Origin: an uncultured Candidatus Binatia bacterium | GTDB lineage: Bacteria > Desulfobacterota > Binatia > Bin18 | Direction of reading: 5' to 3' | DNA: 64,000 bases | Assembly (NCBI GenBank): GCA_965214605.1 | Contig: OZ243961.1 | Location: 3,552,001 to 3,616,000 of the forward strand | In this document: positions 18,898-29,060 of the stretch, piece after piece | Layout: each line of letters begins with the position of its first letter | Position numbering within the stretch: the stretch's first letter is position 1 | Translations under genes and position numbers: made by a program | The notes under the pieces: generated by a model | The model's input: the letters and a program-made list of their open reading frames with translations, nothing else | What the model was told of the DNA's origin: nothing | Database searches by the model: none

Positions 18898-20103
18898 ATG
18901 AAGAGTCTCGCTTTGGTGTTTGCAGTCTTGGGTATCGCAACGATCGGTCAGGCCGAAACCATCAACCGTATCGTCGCCACCGTCGACGGGCAGCCGATTA
19001 CGTTCCGAGAACTCGAGGCGTTTAGTGGTCAGATGAACGACCGAGCGGCCATGATGTATCCCCAGGGAGCGGCCGGGATGACCCAGCGCGACTTTTTGGA
19101 CGCCCTCCTCATGAACAAAATGATCAAGAATGAGGTTGATGCGCAGGGACTGAAAGCTACTCCTGAGGACGTCGATAGTTATATCGAACGGATTAAAAAC
19201 CAGGGTCAGCTAGACGATGAACAGCTCGCCGCCGCCCTGGCCGATCAAGGCTTGACCATAGAGCAATACCGCAAACAGATCGCTCAGGAAATCGAGCAGG
19301 CGCTGTTGATGAATAAGGAGGTCAGCTCTCGGATCACTATTACTGATGAGGTTATAGAGCGCTATTACAAGGCCCACCAAGAGGACTATGCCACACCCGA
19401 CCAGGTCCGTATTCGGCATATTTTCCTGCCCTTATCGCCTAGCGCCGCCTTAGGCGAGACGCTGAAAATGACAACCTTGATGGAAACGCTGCACGGCCGG
19501 GCAAACCGTGGAGAGGATTTTGCGACCCTGGCCTCGACCTACTCTCTTGGGCCAGGGGCGGACCAGGGCGGGGATCTCGGATTTTTTGAGCGGGGCCAGA
19601 TGGACCAGGCGATTGAAGAGATAGCCTTTTCGATCCCAGAAGGGGGGATAAGCCAGCCTTTTCAGACTTCGACCGGAGTCCATCTGATCAAGGTCGAAGA
19701 GCGCGATACCGAAGGGGTGAGACCTCTCGCCGAAGTGCAGGAAGAGATTCGGTCCCAGCTCTACAATACGGAGCTGAGCAAGCGCTATCGCCGCTGGTTC
19801 CAGGACGATCTGCGTTTCCGTCATTATATTGAGGATTTTCTCACCGACCCGGAAGGCGTACCCTACACCGGTATTCAGCGTGCTCAGCAGGCCGAGGAAG
19901 AGCTGTTGGACGGTGAAGCCGCTTATACCGGGGATGAAGACACGGCCGAGCCGAGCGCGCCCGTTGTTGGCCAAGACGAGCCTCCTCAAAAGAGCTTCTT
20001 CAGCCGCCTGTTTGCGGATGAGGAGGAGGACAACGAAACGGCTGATCAGGGCGAGCAGACTGAGGAGGAAGAGGACGGAGGCTTTAGTCTGCTGTGGTTT
20101 TAG
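18898..20103 (+). CDS. surA: SurA-like periplasmic chaperone/parvulin PPIase with an acidic C-terminal extension
   Basis: Signal peptide, INRIVATVDGQPIT, HIFL, FATLA..YS, GGDLGFF, GVHLIKV; lies between mfd and pdxA. Confidence 0.85.
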   Translation: MKSLALVFAVLGIATIGQAETINRIVATVDGQPITFRELEAFSGQMNDRAAMMYPQGAAGMTQRDFLDALLMNKMIKNEVDAQGLKATPEDVDSYIERIKNQGQLDDEQLAAALADQGLTIEQYRKQIAQEIEQALLMNKEVSSRITITDEVIERYYKAHQEDYATPDQVRIRHIFLPLSPSAALGETLKMTTLMETLHGRANRGEDFATLASTYSLGPGADQGGDLGFFERGQMDQAIEEIAFSIPEGGISQPFQTSTGVHLIKVEERDTEGVRPLAEVQEEIRSQLYNTELSKRYRRWFQDDLRFRHYIEDFLTDPEGVPYTGIQRAQQAEEELLDGEAAYTGDEDTAEPSAPVVGQDEPPQKSFFSRLFADEEEDNETADQGEQTEEEEDGGFSLLWF

Positions 20104-20109
20104 TTCCTT

Positions 20110-21159
20110 GTGTCCTCAGCCCGTACGAGGGGCGAGCGCGTGCCTAGACAATCCGCTCTACCACTCATTGGCGTCACTATGGGCGATCCGGCCGGGATCG
20201 GGCCTGAGATTGTGCTCAAGTCAGCCCAAGTCCCCAGACCCGGGCTGCGCGTTGTTGTCTTAGGCGATCTAACCGTTCTAGCTGAAACCGCCCGTCGCCT
20301 CGACGTGCCGCTCAGGGTAGTCCATTGGGCGGTGACCCAGCCGTATCCCGCAGAGCCTGGTGTGTTGCCGGTGATCCCCCTCTCTCAGCTCTCGGTCCAG
20401 CTGCGGGTTCCCGGCCATCCGACTCCAGACGGGGGCGAGGCGTCGTATCAGTATGTTGAGGCGGGCGTTGGCCTGGCTCTTGATAAGGCTATCCAGGCAC
20501 TGGTGACGGCACCGATTAGCAAAGCCATGTGGCGAGCGGCCAAGCGGGACTATCCTGGTCATACCGAACTCCTGGCCAGCCTCACCCACAGTCCGGACGT
20601 TCGCATGATGTTGGTTGGGAGTCGTCTGCGGGTTGTTTTGGTCACGACCCATATTCCGTTCGTTCAGGTAGTCGCCGCCCTGTCGAGTCGCCGCATTATG
20701 ACCACGCTGGTCCTCACCGCCCGCCACCTGGCCCGCTTTCACGGTCTGAGTCAACCGCGTCTGGCGGTGGCTGGGCTAAACCCTCACGCTGGCGAGGGGG
20801 GAGTGTTTGGTGACGAAGAAGACCGCCTGCTCAGCCCCGTGGTTCGACAGGCGGGTGAGCAGGGCCTGTCGGTGGTCGGTCCTCTATCGGCCGATTCGGT
20901 GTTTGTCCGAGCAGTCAACGGCGAATTTGACGCGGTGATCTGTCTGTACCACGATCAGGGACTGATTCCGCTCAAACTGCTGTCGTGGGCCGACGGAGTA
21001 AACGTCACAATCGGCCTGCCGATCGTCCGCACCTCGCCCGACCACGGCACCGCCTTTGATATTGCTGGGCAGGGCACGGCTGACCCACGCAGTCTGCAGG
21101 CCGCAATTGAGCTGGCCAGCCACATGATCGGACAGACGGGAGTCCGCGAGACGCTATGA
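20110..21159 (+). CDS. pdxA: 4-hydroxythreonine-4-phosphate dehydrogenase
   Basis: TMGDPAGIGPE, TAPISK, GHTE, LNPHAGE, YHDQG, RTSPDHGTAFDIAG. Confidence 0.97.
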   Translation: MSSARTRGERVPRQSALPLIGVTMGDPAGIGPEIVLKSAQVPRPGLRVVVLGDLTVLAETARRLDVPLRVVHWAVTQPYPAEPGVLPVIPLSQLSVQLRVPGHPTPDGGEASYQYVEAGVGLALDKAIQALVTAPISKAMWRAAKRDYPGHTELLASLTHSPDVRMMLVGSRLRVVLVTTHIPFVQVVAALSSRRIMTTLVLTARHLARFHGLSQPRLAVAGLNPHAGEGGVFGDEEDRLLSPVVRQAGEQGLSVVGPLSADSVFVRAVNGEFDAVICLYHDQGLIPLKLLSWADGVNVTIGLPIVRTSPDHGTAFDIAGQGTADPRSLQAAIELASHMIGQTGVRETL

Positions 21160-22529
21160 GTCATATCAACCCAGCCATTTTCCGGGAGTACGATATTCGG
21201 GGGGTGGCCGAACAGGATTTTGATGCCGACTTTGCGTTTGCCCTCGGGCAAGCCTATGGGAGTCTGGTCGTGCAGCAGGGCAAGCAGCGGGTTGCGGTGG
21301 GTCGAGACTGTCGGCCGAGCTCCGATATCTATGCCGCTGCGCTCCGGGACGGCCTCTGTGCGACGGGGCTTGAGGTGTTGGATATTGGGGTGTGTCCGAC
21401 CCCGCTGCTGTATTTCTCGCTGCATCATCATGATCTGGACGGAGGGATTCAGGTTACCGGTAGCCATAACCCGGCTGAATACAATGGATTCAAAATATGT
21501 CTTGGCAAAGTCACGCTGTACGGCCCAGATATTCAGCGCTTACGGTCTGTGATTGAACACAAAAACTTCGTCTCGGGCCAGGGCCGACAGGTCCCGACTC
21601 CGATCATTGGGCCCTACCAAGAATTTGTGAGCCGGCAGTTTGGGCGTTTGGAACGCGAAATTTCGATCGTGGTCGACGCCGGGAACGCAACCGCTGGGCC
21701 GGTTGCGCCGGCGATCTTCCGGGCTCTGGGCTGCCGAGTGACGGAGCTGTTTTGTGAGCTGGACGGCCATTTTCCAAACCATCATCCTGACCCGACGGTG
21801 CCTGCAAACCTTGAACAGCTGATCGGAGCGGTCAAAGAGACCGGCGCCGAAGTCGGTCTGGCCTACGACGGTGATGCCGACCGCCTCGGGGTGGTCGGTC
21901 CAACCGGGCGCGTCATATGGGGCGATGAGCTGATGATCTTATTCTCGCGTGACATCTTGGCTACACACCCCGGAGCGGTCATTGTGTCTGAGGTAAAGTG
22001 CTCCCAAGCGCTGTTTGACGAGGTAGCCGCTCGGGGGGGCCGGCCCATCATGTGGAAGGCCGGACACGCCCTGCTCAGAGCCAAGATGCATGAGACCGGG
22101 GCGCTGCTGGGCGGGGATCTGAGCGGTCACCTGTTTTTTGCCGATCGCTATCTTGGCTACGACGATGCGATCTATGCGTCATGCAGGATGCTGGAGCTGT
22201 TGAGCAAATCCGATCTACGCCAACTGCTAGCCGGCCTGCCGTCGTCTGTGACCACGCCTGAAATTCGGCTGACCTGCCCGGATGAGCTTAAGTTTGCTCT
22301 TGCCGAGCGGGTCTGCCAGCGCTTGCGTGGCAGTTATGACATCACGGATATCGACGGAGTGCGGGTCAAGTTTGATCACGGCTGGGGGTTGGTCCGGGCA
22401 TCGAACACCCAGCCGGTTTTGAGCCTGCGCTTTGAGGCCACCACCTGGGACAAGCTGAACGAGTACCGTGCTTTTATTGAAGGGGTGGTAGAGGAGGCGC
22501 GACAAGAGCTGGCAGAATCAGAGCGATAG
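21156..22529 (+). CDS. Phosphomannomutase/phosphoglucomutase (AlgC-like)
   Basis: FREYDIRG, TGSHNP, FPNHHPDP, DGDADR, RASNTQP. Confidence 0.95.
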   Translation: MSHINPAIFREYDIRGVAEQDFDADFAFALGQAYGSLVVQQGKQRVAVGRDCRPSSDIYAAALRDGLCATGLEVLDIGVCPTPLLYFSLHHHDLDGGIQVTGSHNPAEYNGFKICLGKVTLYGPDIQRLRSVIEHKNFVSGQGRQVPTPIIGPYQEFVSRQFGRLEREISIVVDAGNATAGPVAPAIFRALGCRVTELFCELDGHFPNHHPDPTVPANLEQLIGAVKETGAEVGLAYDGDADRLGVVGPTGRVIWGDELMILFSRDILATHPGAVIVSEVKCSQALFDEVAARGGRPIMWKAGHALLRAKMHETGALLGGDLSGHLFFADRYLGYDDAIYASCRMLELLSKSDLRQLLAGLPSSVTTPEIRLTCPDELKFALAERVCQRLRGSYDITDIDGVRVKFDHGWGLVRASNTQPVLSLRFEATTWDKLNEYRAFIEGVVEEARQELAESER

Positions 22530-22911
22530 AAGCCTCTCGTCCCGGGGTTCAGGAAAGCCGTATAAGCCTATGGCTCTCCCTTTTTTGCCGACTTTCGTTG
22601 GTGTGTTGGAGAGTTTGGCACTTTCGGAGCAGAAAATTCACCGCCTTGTCGGCTGGCCGGTGCTTTCCCTGGCCGATTGACTGCGGCGGCGAGATATCGC
22701 CGCTTGATTGGAGGATGCGGTTGGAGGACTAGGACGAACGTTTTCGGATCAGCTTCTAGAAGCGCTCGTGACAATCTTAAAGCTGGGCCCAGAAAATAAA
22801 CGCCAGAGCGCTCTGCCACTGTCGGATTGGCGAGCCCTGGCCAGTGATAGGATGCGTCTTAACGACGTCGGAGCGCATATGATTATAATGCTTGTCTGAA
22901 ATTTCGTCCGG

Positions 22912-25519
22912 CTAGGTTTGATCGTCCGCCTCGGATTCTTCCCTAAATTCTCCAGTCGTTGGTGACCACAGGACCCAATCCCACCTGTCACCCACAGGCG
23001 TTACTTTGTTGGAGGGGACTCTCATGGAACTGTTGCCCAACGGAGAACTATCAGGACGGCGGTATTGATAAGCGAGAGTGATAGGTCCCTCATAGCCGAA
23101 TGACTGAGGATCGAACATTTCCGGAGCAACAATCTCGATGTCGTGAAGAACGCCTTGCCTGTCAGGCATCGAAACATGGCTTCCAGGCTTTAGCACCCGA
23201 ATGAATCCGTCCGGGATGACATTGCCCGCGACGGTTGGGACGGTGGCATCAGACAATTCCTCCCACCATTTCCTCAGATTCCTCACGACAGCCTCTGGTA
23301 GAGGCGCGTCTTGATCATCCTCGGTCAGTTCGATCGCACGTTGAAATCGTTCAATCAGGTGTCCAAGGTCTGTGCACACAGGCTCTGTCAGTCGCAGGCT
23401 GCCATAGGTGCCGTCGTAGATGACGATGGCACTGCTGACTTCTTCACGCCTATCATGCCGCACTAATGCGATGCGCGTTGCTACACAGTCCATGTCCTGC
23501 GGCGAGACGCTGTATTCTCTGAGAGCTAAGTCCTTGAGTGCAGCCGCAATTTTTTCCTTCAGCCTGTTCTCGCGGATCCAAGGTTGATCAATTCGCAGAA
23601 CGATCCCGGTGGTTCGGAAGTCACGAGTCTTTGCCGTCAGCCTCGGGTTTTTCTGTCGAAGATCCCTGTAGAAGTAGTTAGTGCCGTTCTTGCTGTAACC
23701 GACCACCCTTTCGGTAACTTGAAGCTTGCACTCGCACAGGAATCCCGACTCACACTCCTTGTAATGCCCAGCCATAATTCCCTGATCCTCAACGGCAGCA
23801 TTCACATACGTGTGCACCCAGAGGACGGGTGATCGGTGGCATTCGCGTCTTGGCAAGCCGAATGGAACGCTCGAAAGGAGAATTTTTCCATTCGATGACG
23901 CGATAGCTACGTGTGAGGTGCAGATAGACCGCTTCGGGGTATGCTTCGCGGATAGCCTGAGGGAGCGTAATGGAACCAATATTGTTATCAGGTGTATTTT
24001 GTACGCCCTGCAGCGTAAAGCTGAGTTCTCCGACGTTCCTGAGCGGGTAATTCAGGTGTGGAGAGTCGCCCCCGACCTGAGCGATCGGATCAAACTCTCG
24101 GGGCCGTGCGCCACCCGGACGAGCGAACTCATAGACTGTCGAGAAACCGTTAGGCCAAGTCACGCTGGCAGGTGGGCGTGTCCGTTGCACTCCTAAGGCA
24201 TCAAGTTCGTCGGAGAGGCAGCGCGCGTGCATAAATTGTATGAAGCGATTTTCGAGGTATAAATGTGACGGTTCAATCGATCCCTGCCAATAATCCCTGA
24301 AGGTGCTGCCGTAACGCTGGAAGGCTTGGGCGGCCGCAAGCACAGCGAATAGGCCTGGCTGTGATCGTCCAATCCGTCCAACCCGTTGACGAAACGCTTT
24401 CCGTGAATTCGGTACATCGAGGTTCAAACCCACAGAAAAATGTGGAATGTTGATGCCGAGCTCAAGCGCCGATGTGGACACCACCCCTCGAAGCTCACCG
24501 TTTTGTAGCGCCCGCTCAATATCTGCTCGGTCCTTTGCTTCATAGCCAGACCGATAGGGGCGCACTCCGTCATGGTCCAGATAATGAACAATCTGTTCAA
24601 CTCCTTGACGCGAATCAACGAACGCAATGAAGCTGCCGTCTGAGTTATTGAGAAGCGAACCGAGCAGAGCGCTGACGCCATTATTAGGGACATCGGGCAC
24701 AGGAATATGCAGGAGGCTCCGCTCATAAGTGGGCGAGCCGTCATCTGATTCGTCTATCAGAGTGAAGGGAACCCCAGTGAGCGATTCAAGATGTCTTGCG
24801 GGGCTGGCAATCGTAGCGCTTGCCGCGATTATTTGTAGCGGTGGCGTCTTCCGATTCCGTACAACGATCGCACGGGCAGCCTGCATACGTCGCAGAAGAT
24901 AGGCAACGTTACTGCCGAACACGGCCTCAAGAATGTGGGCTTCGTCAAGAATCACGAGCCGCAGACGAGATAGAAACCGAGAAATACTTGGGGTCGAGAC
25001 TCGACACATCAACCAAGCGTGGCAGACATCCGGCGTCATGAGGACGATGCGCGCCGTATCCATAATATCGGCTCGCTCATCTGGCGGCACCCCGCCGTGA
25101 ATCATCCCGACCGTCTCTGCTGCTAAGTCGGTATTCTCTATTGCCCGTTGCCATGAGTCCCTTTGGTCAGCGGCCAGCGCCCTGAGCGGATAGAAGACCA
25201 GAATCCGTGCCTCTGGATCTTCCAGGATAAGGCGCAGACTGGCAGCCTGGAAGACAAGCGATTTGCCTGACGCTGTTCCAGTTGACACCACGACATTTTT
25301 CCCTGCTGCAACATGTCCAAGCGCCAGAGATTGATGGCGCCATAGGCCCATGCCCGTTGTATCAACGGTTGCTAGGAAGTCGCCCGGCGCGCCATATCTA
25401 AAAGCCTCTGGAATTGGCATCCGCCGCTCTTCCCGGGCCGCTAGATCAATACGCTCAGTGAGCGGTAACTCGCCCTCATCAACCAGCGTATTCAATACTT
25501 CTCGAATGTTCATGGTCAT
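22912..25519 (-). pseudogene. YprA/Hrq1-like SF2 DEAH-box helicase split by a single frameshift (about 868 aa if joined)
   Basis: ORF 23789-25519 has LWRHQ, TGTASGKS, YPLRALAADQ, DEAH, SAT, TSALELG, QRVGRIGR and IREAYP. ORF 22912-23979 continues with VTERVVGY and IYDGTYGS. Removing one base near the CCC at 23817-23819 joins them as ..ITRPLVHTYVNA.. The frameshift could be an assembly error. Confidence 0.8.
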
Positions 25520-25680
25520 TCTTGTTCGGGTCCTTCGTTCGGTATCCAGGGAAAGAGGAGATATTCCTAGACGCCATTGTCCTACTTGTCCAAGGCCATT
25601 AAGAGAATGTCAGGAAAGATATTTCCGGCAACGCGATGTGGGAAGCGCTCCTGGTGGAAATACCGGTCTCACAGCGGTAT

Positions 25681-25818
25681 TTAGGTGCCTTTCTCCTCCA
25701 GGGTGTTCCGCAAGATTTCAAGCTCTTCGGACAGCCGGCCCTGCCTGCGGGAGAGAGACCACATATAGACAAACACGATCAGCCAAAACGCGCTAAACGC
25801 GCCGAACAGATACCACAT
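25681..25818 (-). CDS. ccmD: CcmD-family heme exporter subunit (45 aa, below the ORF-track cutoff)
   Basis: MWYLFGAFSAFWLIVFVYMWSLSRRQGRLSEELEILRNTLEEKGT: one TM plus a charged helix, GAGG RBS, 19 nt after ccmC. Confidence 0.85.
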   Translation of the reverse strand: MWYLFGAFSAFWLIVFVYMWSLSRRQGRLSEELEILRNTLEEKGT

Positions 25819-25837
25819 ATCCTCTCGTCTTCCACGC

Positions 25838-26512
25838 CTACGAGGCAGTCATAGCCTGGCGCCTGAGCTCGTTGATTTCGGCGGTGAGGTGCAGACTACG
25901 CAGGCGTAGCCACATGATCCAGGCAAAAAATACCAAGAAGGCACCGCTACATACGAGCAGCGTCCAGGCCATCTGCGGGGCCATGCTTTCGACCTTGGGA
26001 TGAATACCCCGCCACAGGCGTATGGCTATATAGATCAGCGGGATGTTTAAGACCCCCACAAGGCCTAGAACCGCGGCATAGCGGGCAACGTGTTCGGTGT
26101 CGCCGCCAATCTGGCGCAGTAGAAGATAGACGGCATATACGACCCACAGAACAATTGTCATCGTCAGTCGGGGGTCCCAGGTCCACCACACGCCCCAGCT
26201 GGCTTTGGCCCAGACTGAGCCGGTGACGATGAACAGGGTACAAAATAGTAGGCCGACCTCGGCCGCAGCACGGGCGAGCAGGTCGGCCCTGCGCTCGCCC
26301 TTCCACAGGAACGAGACGCTTGCCCCGGCCACGATGAAGAAGCCCACAAACGCGTTCCAGGCCGCGGGCAGGTGATAATAGAAAATGCGTTGCACGACTC
26401 CCAGATGTCTCTCCGTTGGGACGTACAAAAAAATCATGCCCAGGGCGGCCAGCATGGACACACAGCTCAGCCAGGGCAAGACCGTGTCGGCAAATGGGGC
26501 AAATTTTTTCAT
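25838..26512 (-). CDS. ccmC: Cytochrome c maturation heme exporter CcmC
   Basis: QRIFYYHLP, TGSVWAKASWGVWWTWDPRLT (WWD motif), IHP. Confidence 0.95.
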   Translation of the reverse strand: MKKFAPFADTVLPWLSCVSMLAALGMIFLYVPTERHLGVVQRIFYYHLPAAWNAFVGFFIVAGASVSFLWKGERRADLLARAAAEVGLLFCTLFIVTGSVWAKASWGVWWTWDPRLTMTIVLWVVYAVYLLLRQIGGDTEHVARYAAVLGLVGVLNIPLIYIAIRLWRGIHPKVESMAPQMAWTLLVCSGAFLVFFAWIMWLRLRSLHLTAEINELRRQAMTAS

Positions 26513-26565
26513 GCATATTTCTCTCAACGACCAGCACCTTGGTCGGCTAGAGTCATGGACTCTCC

Positions 26566-27219
26566 CTACTCATACACCGCCTGCCCAAAGAGCAGCCAGC
26601 CCGCCACCACAAAGACGACATCAAAAGCGACCAAGACCCGCAACCACATCCCCGTCCACTCTCCTCCGCTTAGCAGCGCGCCTGTGGCTTGGACGGTTGA
26701 CAGCAGGAGGGGAACTAAGAGCGGTAGCAACACTAGGGGAAAGAGCACCTCACCGGCTCGGGTGCGCACGGCTAGGGCGGCAAAGACGGTTCCTAGGGCC
26801 GAGAAGCCGACGATCCCGAGTAGGACAATAAGCGGCAGGCCGAGCAAAGACCACGACACCGGTAGACCACACAACAGGATGGTGAGCGGGACGATAACTG
26901 CTTGGACGAACGATAGCAGAATGATATTGCCGAGCAACTTGGCCAAAAAGATGTCGCTTGGTGCAAGGGGACACAGCAGTAGGCCGGACAGACAGCCCCG
27001 CTCCTGCTCGATCAAAAAGGTCCGTTGCAGGCTCAGCATGCCGGCAAACAGTAAACCGATCCATATGAGTGCCGCCCCGATCTCTGGCTTGCGAGCCTGC
27101 TCTGGGCCGAGGGCAAAAACCCACACCAGCACGATCAATACCGCCAGCACCAGGAACGAAGCTAACCGCTCTTTGGTCCGCAGCTCAAGCCGAATATCCT
27201 TCCACACAATCGCCCACAT
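26566..27219 (-). CDS. ccmB: Heme exporter permease CcmB
   Basis: KDIRLELRTK, EQERGCL, LFPLVLLPLLVP, FDVVF. Confidence 0.93.
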   Translation of the reverse strand: MWAIVWKDIRLELRTKERLASFLVLAVLIVLVWVFALGPEQARKPEIGAALIWIGLLFAGMLSLQRTFLIEQERGCLSGLLLCPLAPSDIFLAKLLGNIILLSFVQAVIVPLTILLCGLPVSWSLLGLPLIVLLGIVGFSALGTVFAALAVRTRAGEVLFPLVLLPLLVPLLLSTVQATGALLSGGEWTGMWLRVLVAFDVVFVVAGWLLFGQAVYE

Positions 27220-27223
27220 GCGC

Positions 27224-27946
27224 TCAGTCCCGGTTGCTATATATCCGGCGGCTCGTGAGCGCGGTGTAGATGCCGCTCAACTCGGCGACAGAGGGTGTGT
27301 TCGCCGACTGCCAAACGATACGACCCTGGCTGAGAATCAGGGCCCGGCTACATAGGGCCAGACCGCGCTCAAAATCGTGGCTGCTGAACATGATCGTTTT
27401 TCCGGCCTGTTTGGCCCGCAACAGGGTAGTGTGCAACAGCCGGACCGCCTCGTGATCTAAGCCAGTGTACGGCTCGTCAAGGAGCAGCAAATCCGGCTCG
27501 TGCAACAGGGCGCGGGCCAAGGCTAGCCGTTGTTCCATGCCGTGCGACAGGCTCCGAATCGGCGTTGTAGCCCAGTCTTGTAGGCCGACGTACTCAAGCA
27601 TGGCTTGGATACGAGCCACCACATTGTCGAGGCGATAGGCGTACGCATAAAAGCGCAGATTTTCGAGAGGGGTCAAATCGGGGTAGAGAAAGCTGTCATG
27701 ACCCAGAAAGCCGATACGTCTGCGCACGCGCGGATCGTGGGCCGGCAGCTCGAATAGGTGGAGGCTGCCCAACGACGGTTTGAGTAGGCTGGCCAGGATA
27801 CGCAGCAGAGTCGTTTTACCCGCACCGTTGGGACCAAATATGGCCACCGCTTGTCCGGCTCCAACGGCGCACGAAATACCGCGCAGCACCGGCGTCCAAG
27901 CAAACGTTTTGTGGATATTTTCGGCGGCCACGACACACGCATTCAT
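27224..27946 (-). CDS. ccmA: Heme ABC exporter ATPase CcmA
   Basis: GPNGAGKTT, LSHGMEQR, LLLDEPY, directly upstream of ccmB. Confidence 0.92.
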   Translation of the reverse strand: MNACVVAAENIHKTFAWTPVLRGISCAVGAGQAVAIFGPNGAGKTTLLRILASLLKPSLGSLHLFELPAHDPRVRRRIGFLGHDSFLYPDLTPLENLRFYAYAYRLDNVVARIQAMLEYVGLQDWATTPIRSLSHGMEQRLALARALLHEPDLLLLDEPYTGLDHEAVRLLHTTLLRAKQAGKTIMFSSHDFERGLALCSRALILSQGRIVWQSANTPSVAELSGIYTALTSRRIYSNRD

Positions 27947-28053
27947 CGCTATACCACCACACACAAAACACCGAACCACAGATCTGACTGCCCGGATTTT
28001 GCTTGACACGAGCCCGGCGGTGTTCTTTCATGGAGTTCAATTAGGGAGGATGT

Positions 28054-28257
28054 ATGACCGGGACAATCAAAAAGATCATCAAGGCGAAGGGCTTTGGTTT
28101 TATCACTCCTGATGAGGGCAATGAGGATGTGTTTTTCCACAGTTCTCGTCTGGCGCCCAAGATATATTTCGAAGACCTGCGTGAGGGAGATGAGGTCGAA
28201 TTCCAGGTCCGGCCTGGCGAAAAAGGTCCCCAAGCGTTTAACCTCAAGATTCGTTAG
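28054..28257 (+). CDS. Cold-shock domain protein
   Basis: KGFGFI, DVFFH, GEKGPQA; GGGAGG RBS; TTGACA at 28003. Confidence 0.95.
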   Translation: MTGTIKKIIKAKGFGFITPDEGNEDVFFHSSRLAPKIYFEDLREGDEVEFQVRPGEKGPQAFNLKIR

Positions 28258-28561
28258 CCCGACCGGCGTGGCCCTGCCCCAGTCGGTCGAGCCGGGCCAT
28301 AGCTTCTAGTGCCCGGGCTTCGTACTTCTCACGCAGCACGTGATAGTCCTCCTCAGTGAGCTTGCCCGTCTGGAGGTCAAACTCGGCCTCCTTGAGAGCC
28401 GCATAGGCTTGTCTTTTTTGTTCTTCCCAGCGCTCGAGGTCAGGTGTGGTGGCCTGCGACCGGTCGACCAGAGCCGGGGCCGGACGCAGCAGCGGCAGAG
28501 CAATCAGCATGGCGACGCTGGCGATGAGCACCAGACCGGAAAAATATAGGATAAAAGACAT
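28244..28561 (-). CDS. Small membrane-anchored protein resembling the CcmI/CycH N-terminal segment
   Basis: N-terminal TM then AYAALKEAEFDLQTGKLTEEDY; follows ccmH. Confidence 0.7.
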   Translation of the reverse strand: MSFILYFSGLVLIASVAMLIALPLLRPAPALVDRSQATTPDLERWEEQKRQAYAALKEAEFDLQTGKLTEEDYHVLREKYEARALEAMARLDRLGQGHAGRANES

Positions 28562-28601
28562 AGAAGTCTCGCAGCAGGAGGGATACCGATGCTATCCCTG
28601 C

Positions 28602-29060
28602 TCAGCCGTCAAAGTCGGCGAGCTCCTTGTTGAGTTGATCTCGGTAGGCATCTGATGCGACCGGGGCAGTGCGCGGTGCAGGGGGCGGTCTTCGCCTTGC
28701 CCAGCGCAGGCTTGTTACCCCAATCACAAGCCCTCCAATCAGGATGAGCGCAAACGGTGTAACCCAGGCCGCTAGATTAAAGCCGCTGGTGGTGGGAGCG
28801 GATAGCACTTTTTCCCCGTAGTCGGCGACAAACGCGGCCAGAATATCTTCGCGCCCTTTGCCCTCGGCCAGAAATTGGGCGATCTCTTTTTTTCGCGGAA
28901 CGGCAAAACCGCACTGCAGATGGTTACAGCTATGGACCGTCAGCCCGCACCCGCACTGGCAGGTGAGGGCTGCCTCGAGCTCAGTCTGGCTGGGACGAGG
29001 AGTTGCGCCTAGCGTGGTCCCGAAGACGCACAACACGAGGACTAGACGACTAATCCGCAA
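28602..29060 (-). CDS. ccmH: CcmH-family cytochrome c maturation protein
   Basis: Probable TTG start at 29060 after AAGGAG; LTCQCGC, FVADYGEKVLSAP..GFNLAAWVTP. Confidence 0.88.
   Translation of the reverse strand: MRISRLVLVLCVFGTTLGATPRPSQTELEAALTCQCGCGLTVHSCNHLQCGFAVPRKKEIAQFLAEGKGREDILAAFVADYGEKVLSAPTTSGFNLAAWVTPFALILIGGLVIGVTSLRWARRRPPPAPRTAPVASDAYRDQLNKELADFDG

Noticed and set aside
22105-22135. PMM sugar-binding loop GDLSGH instead of GEMSGH
   Set aside because: A conservative change with the other catalytic motifs intact; not enough to claim altered function.
22568-22899. Short ORFs downstream of the helicase
   Set aside because: No RBS or recognisable motifs; probably noncoding or decayed sequence.
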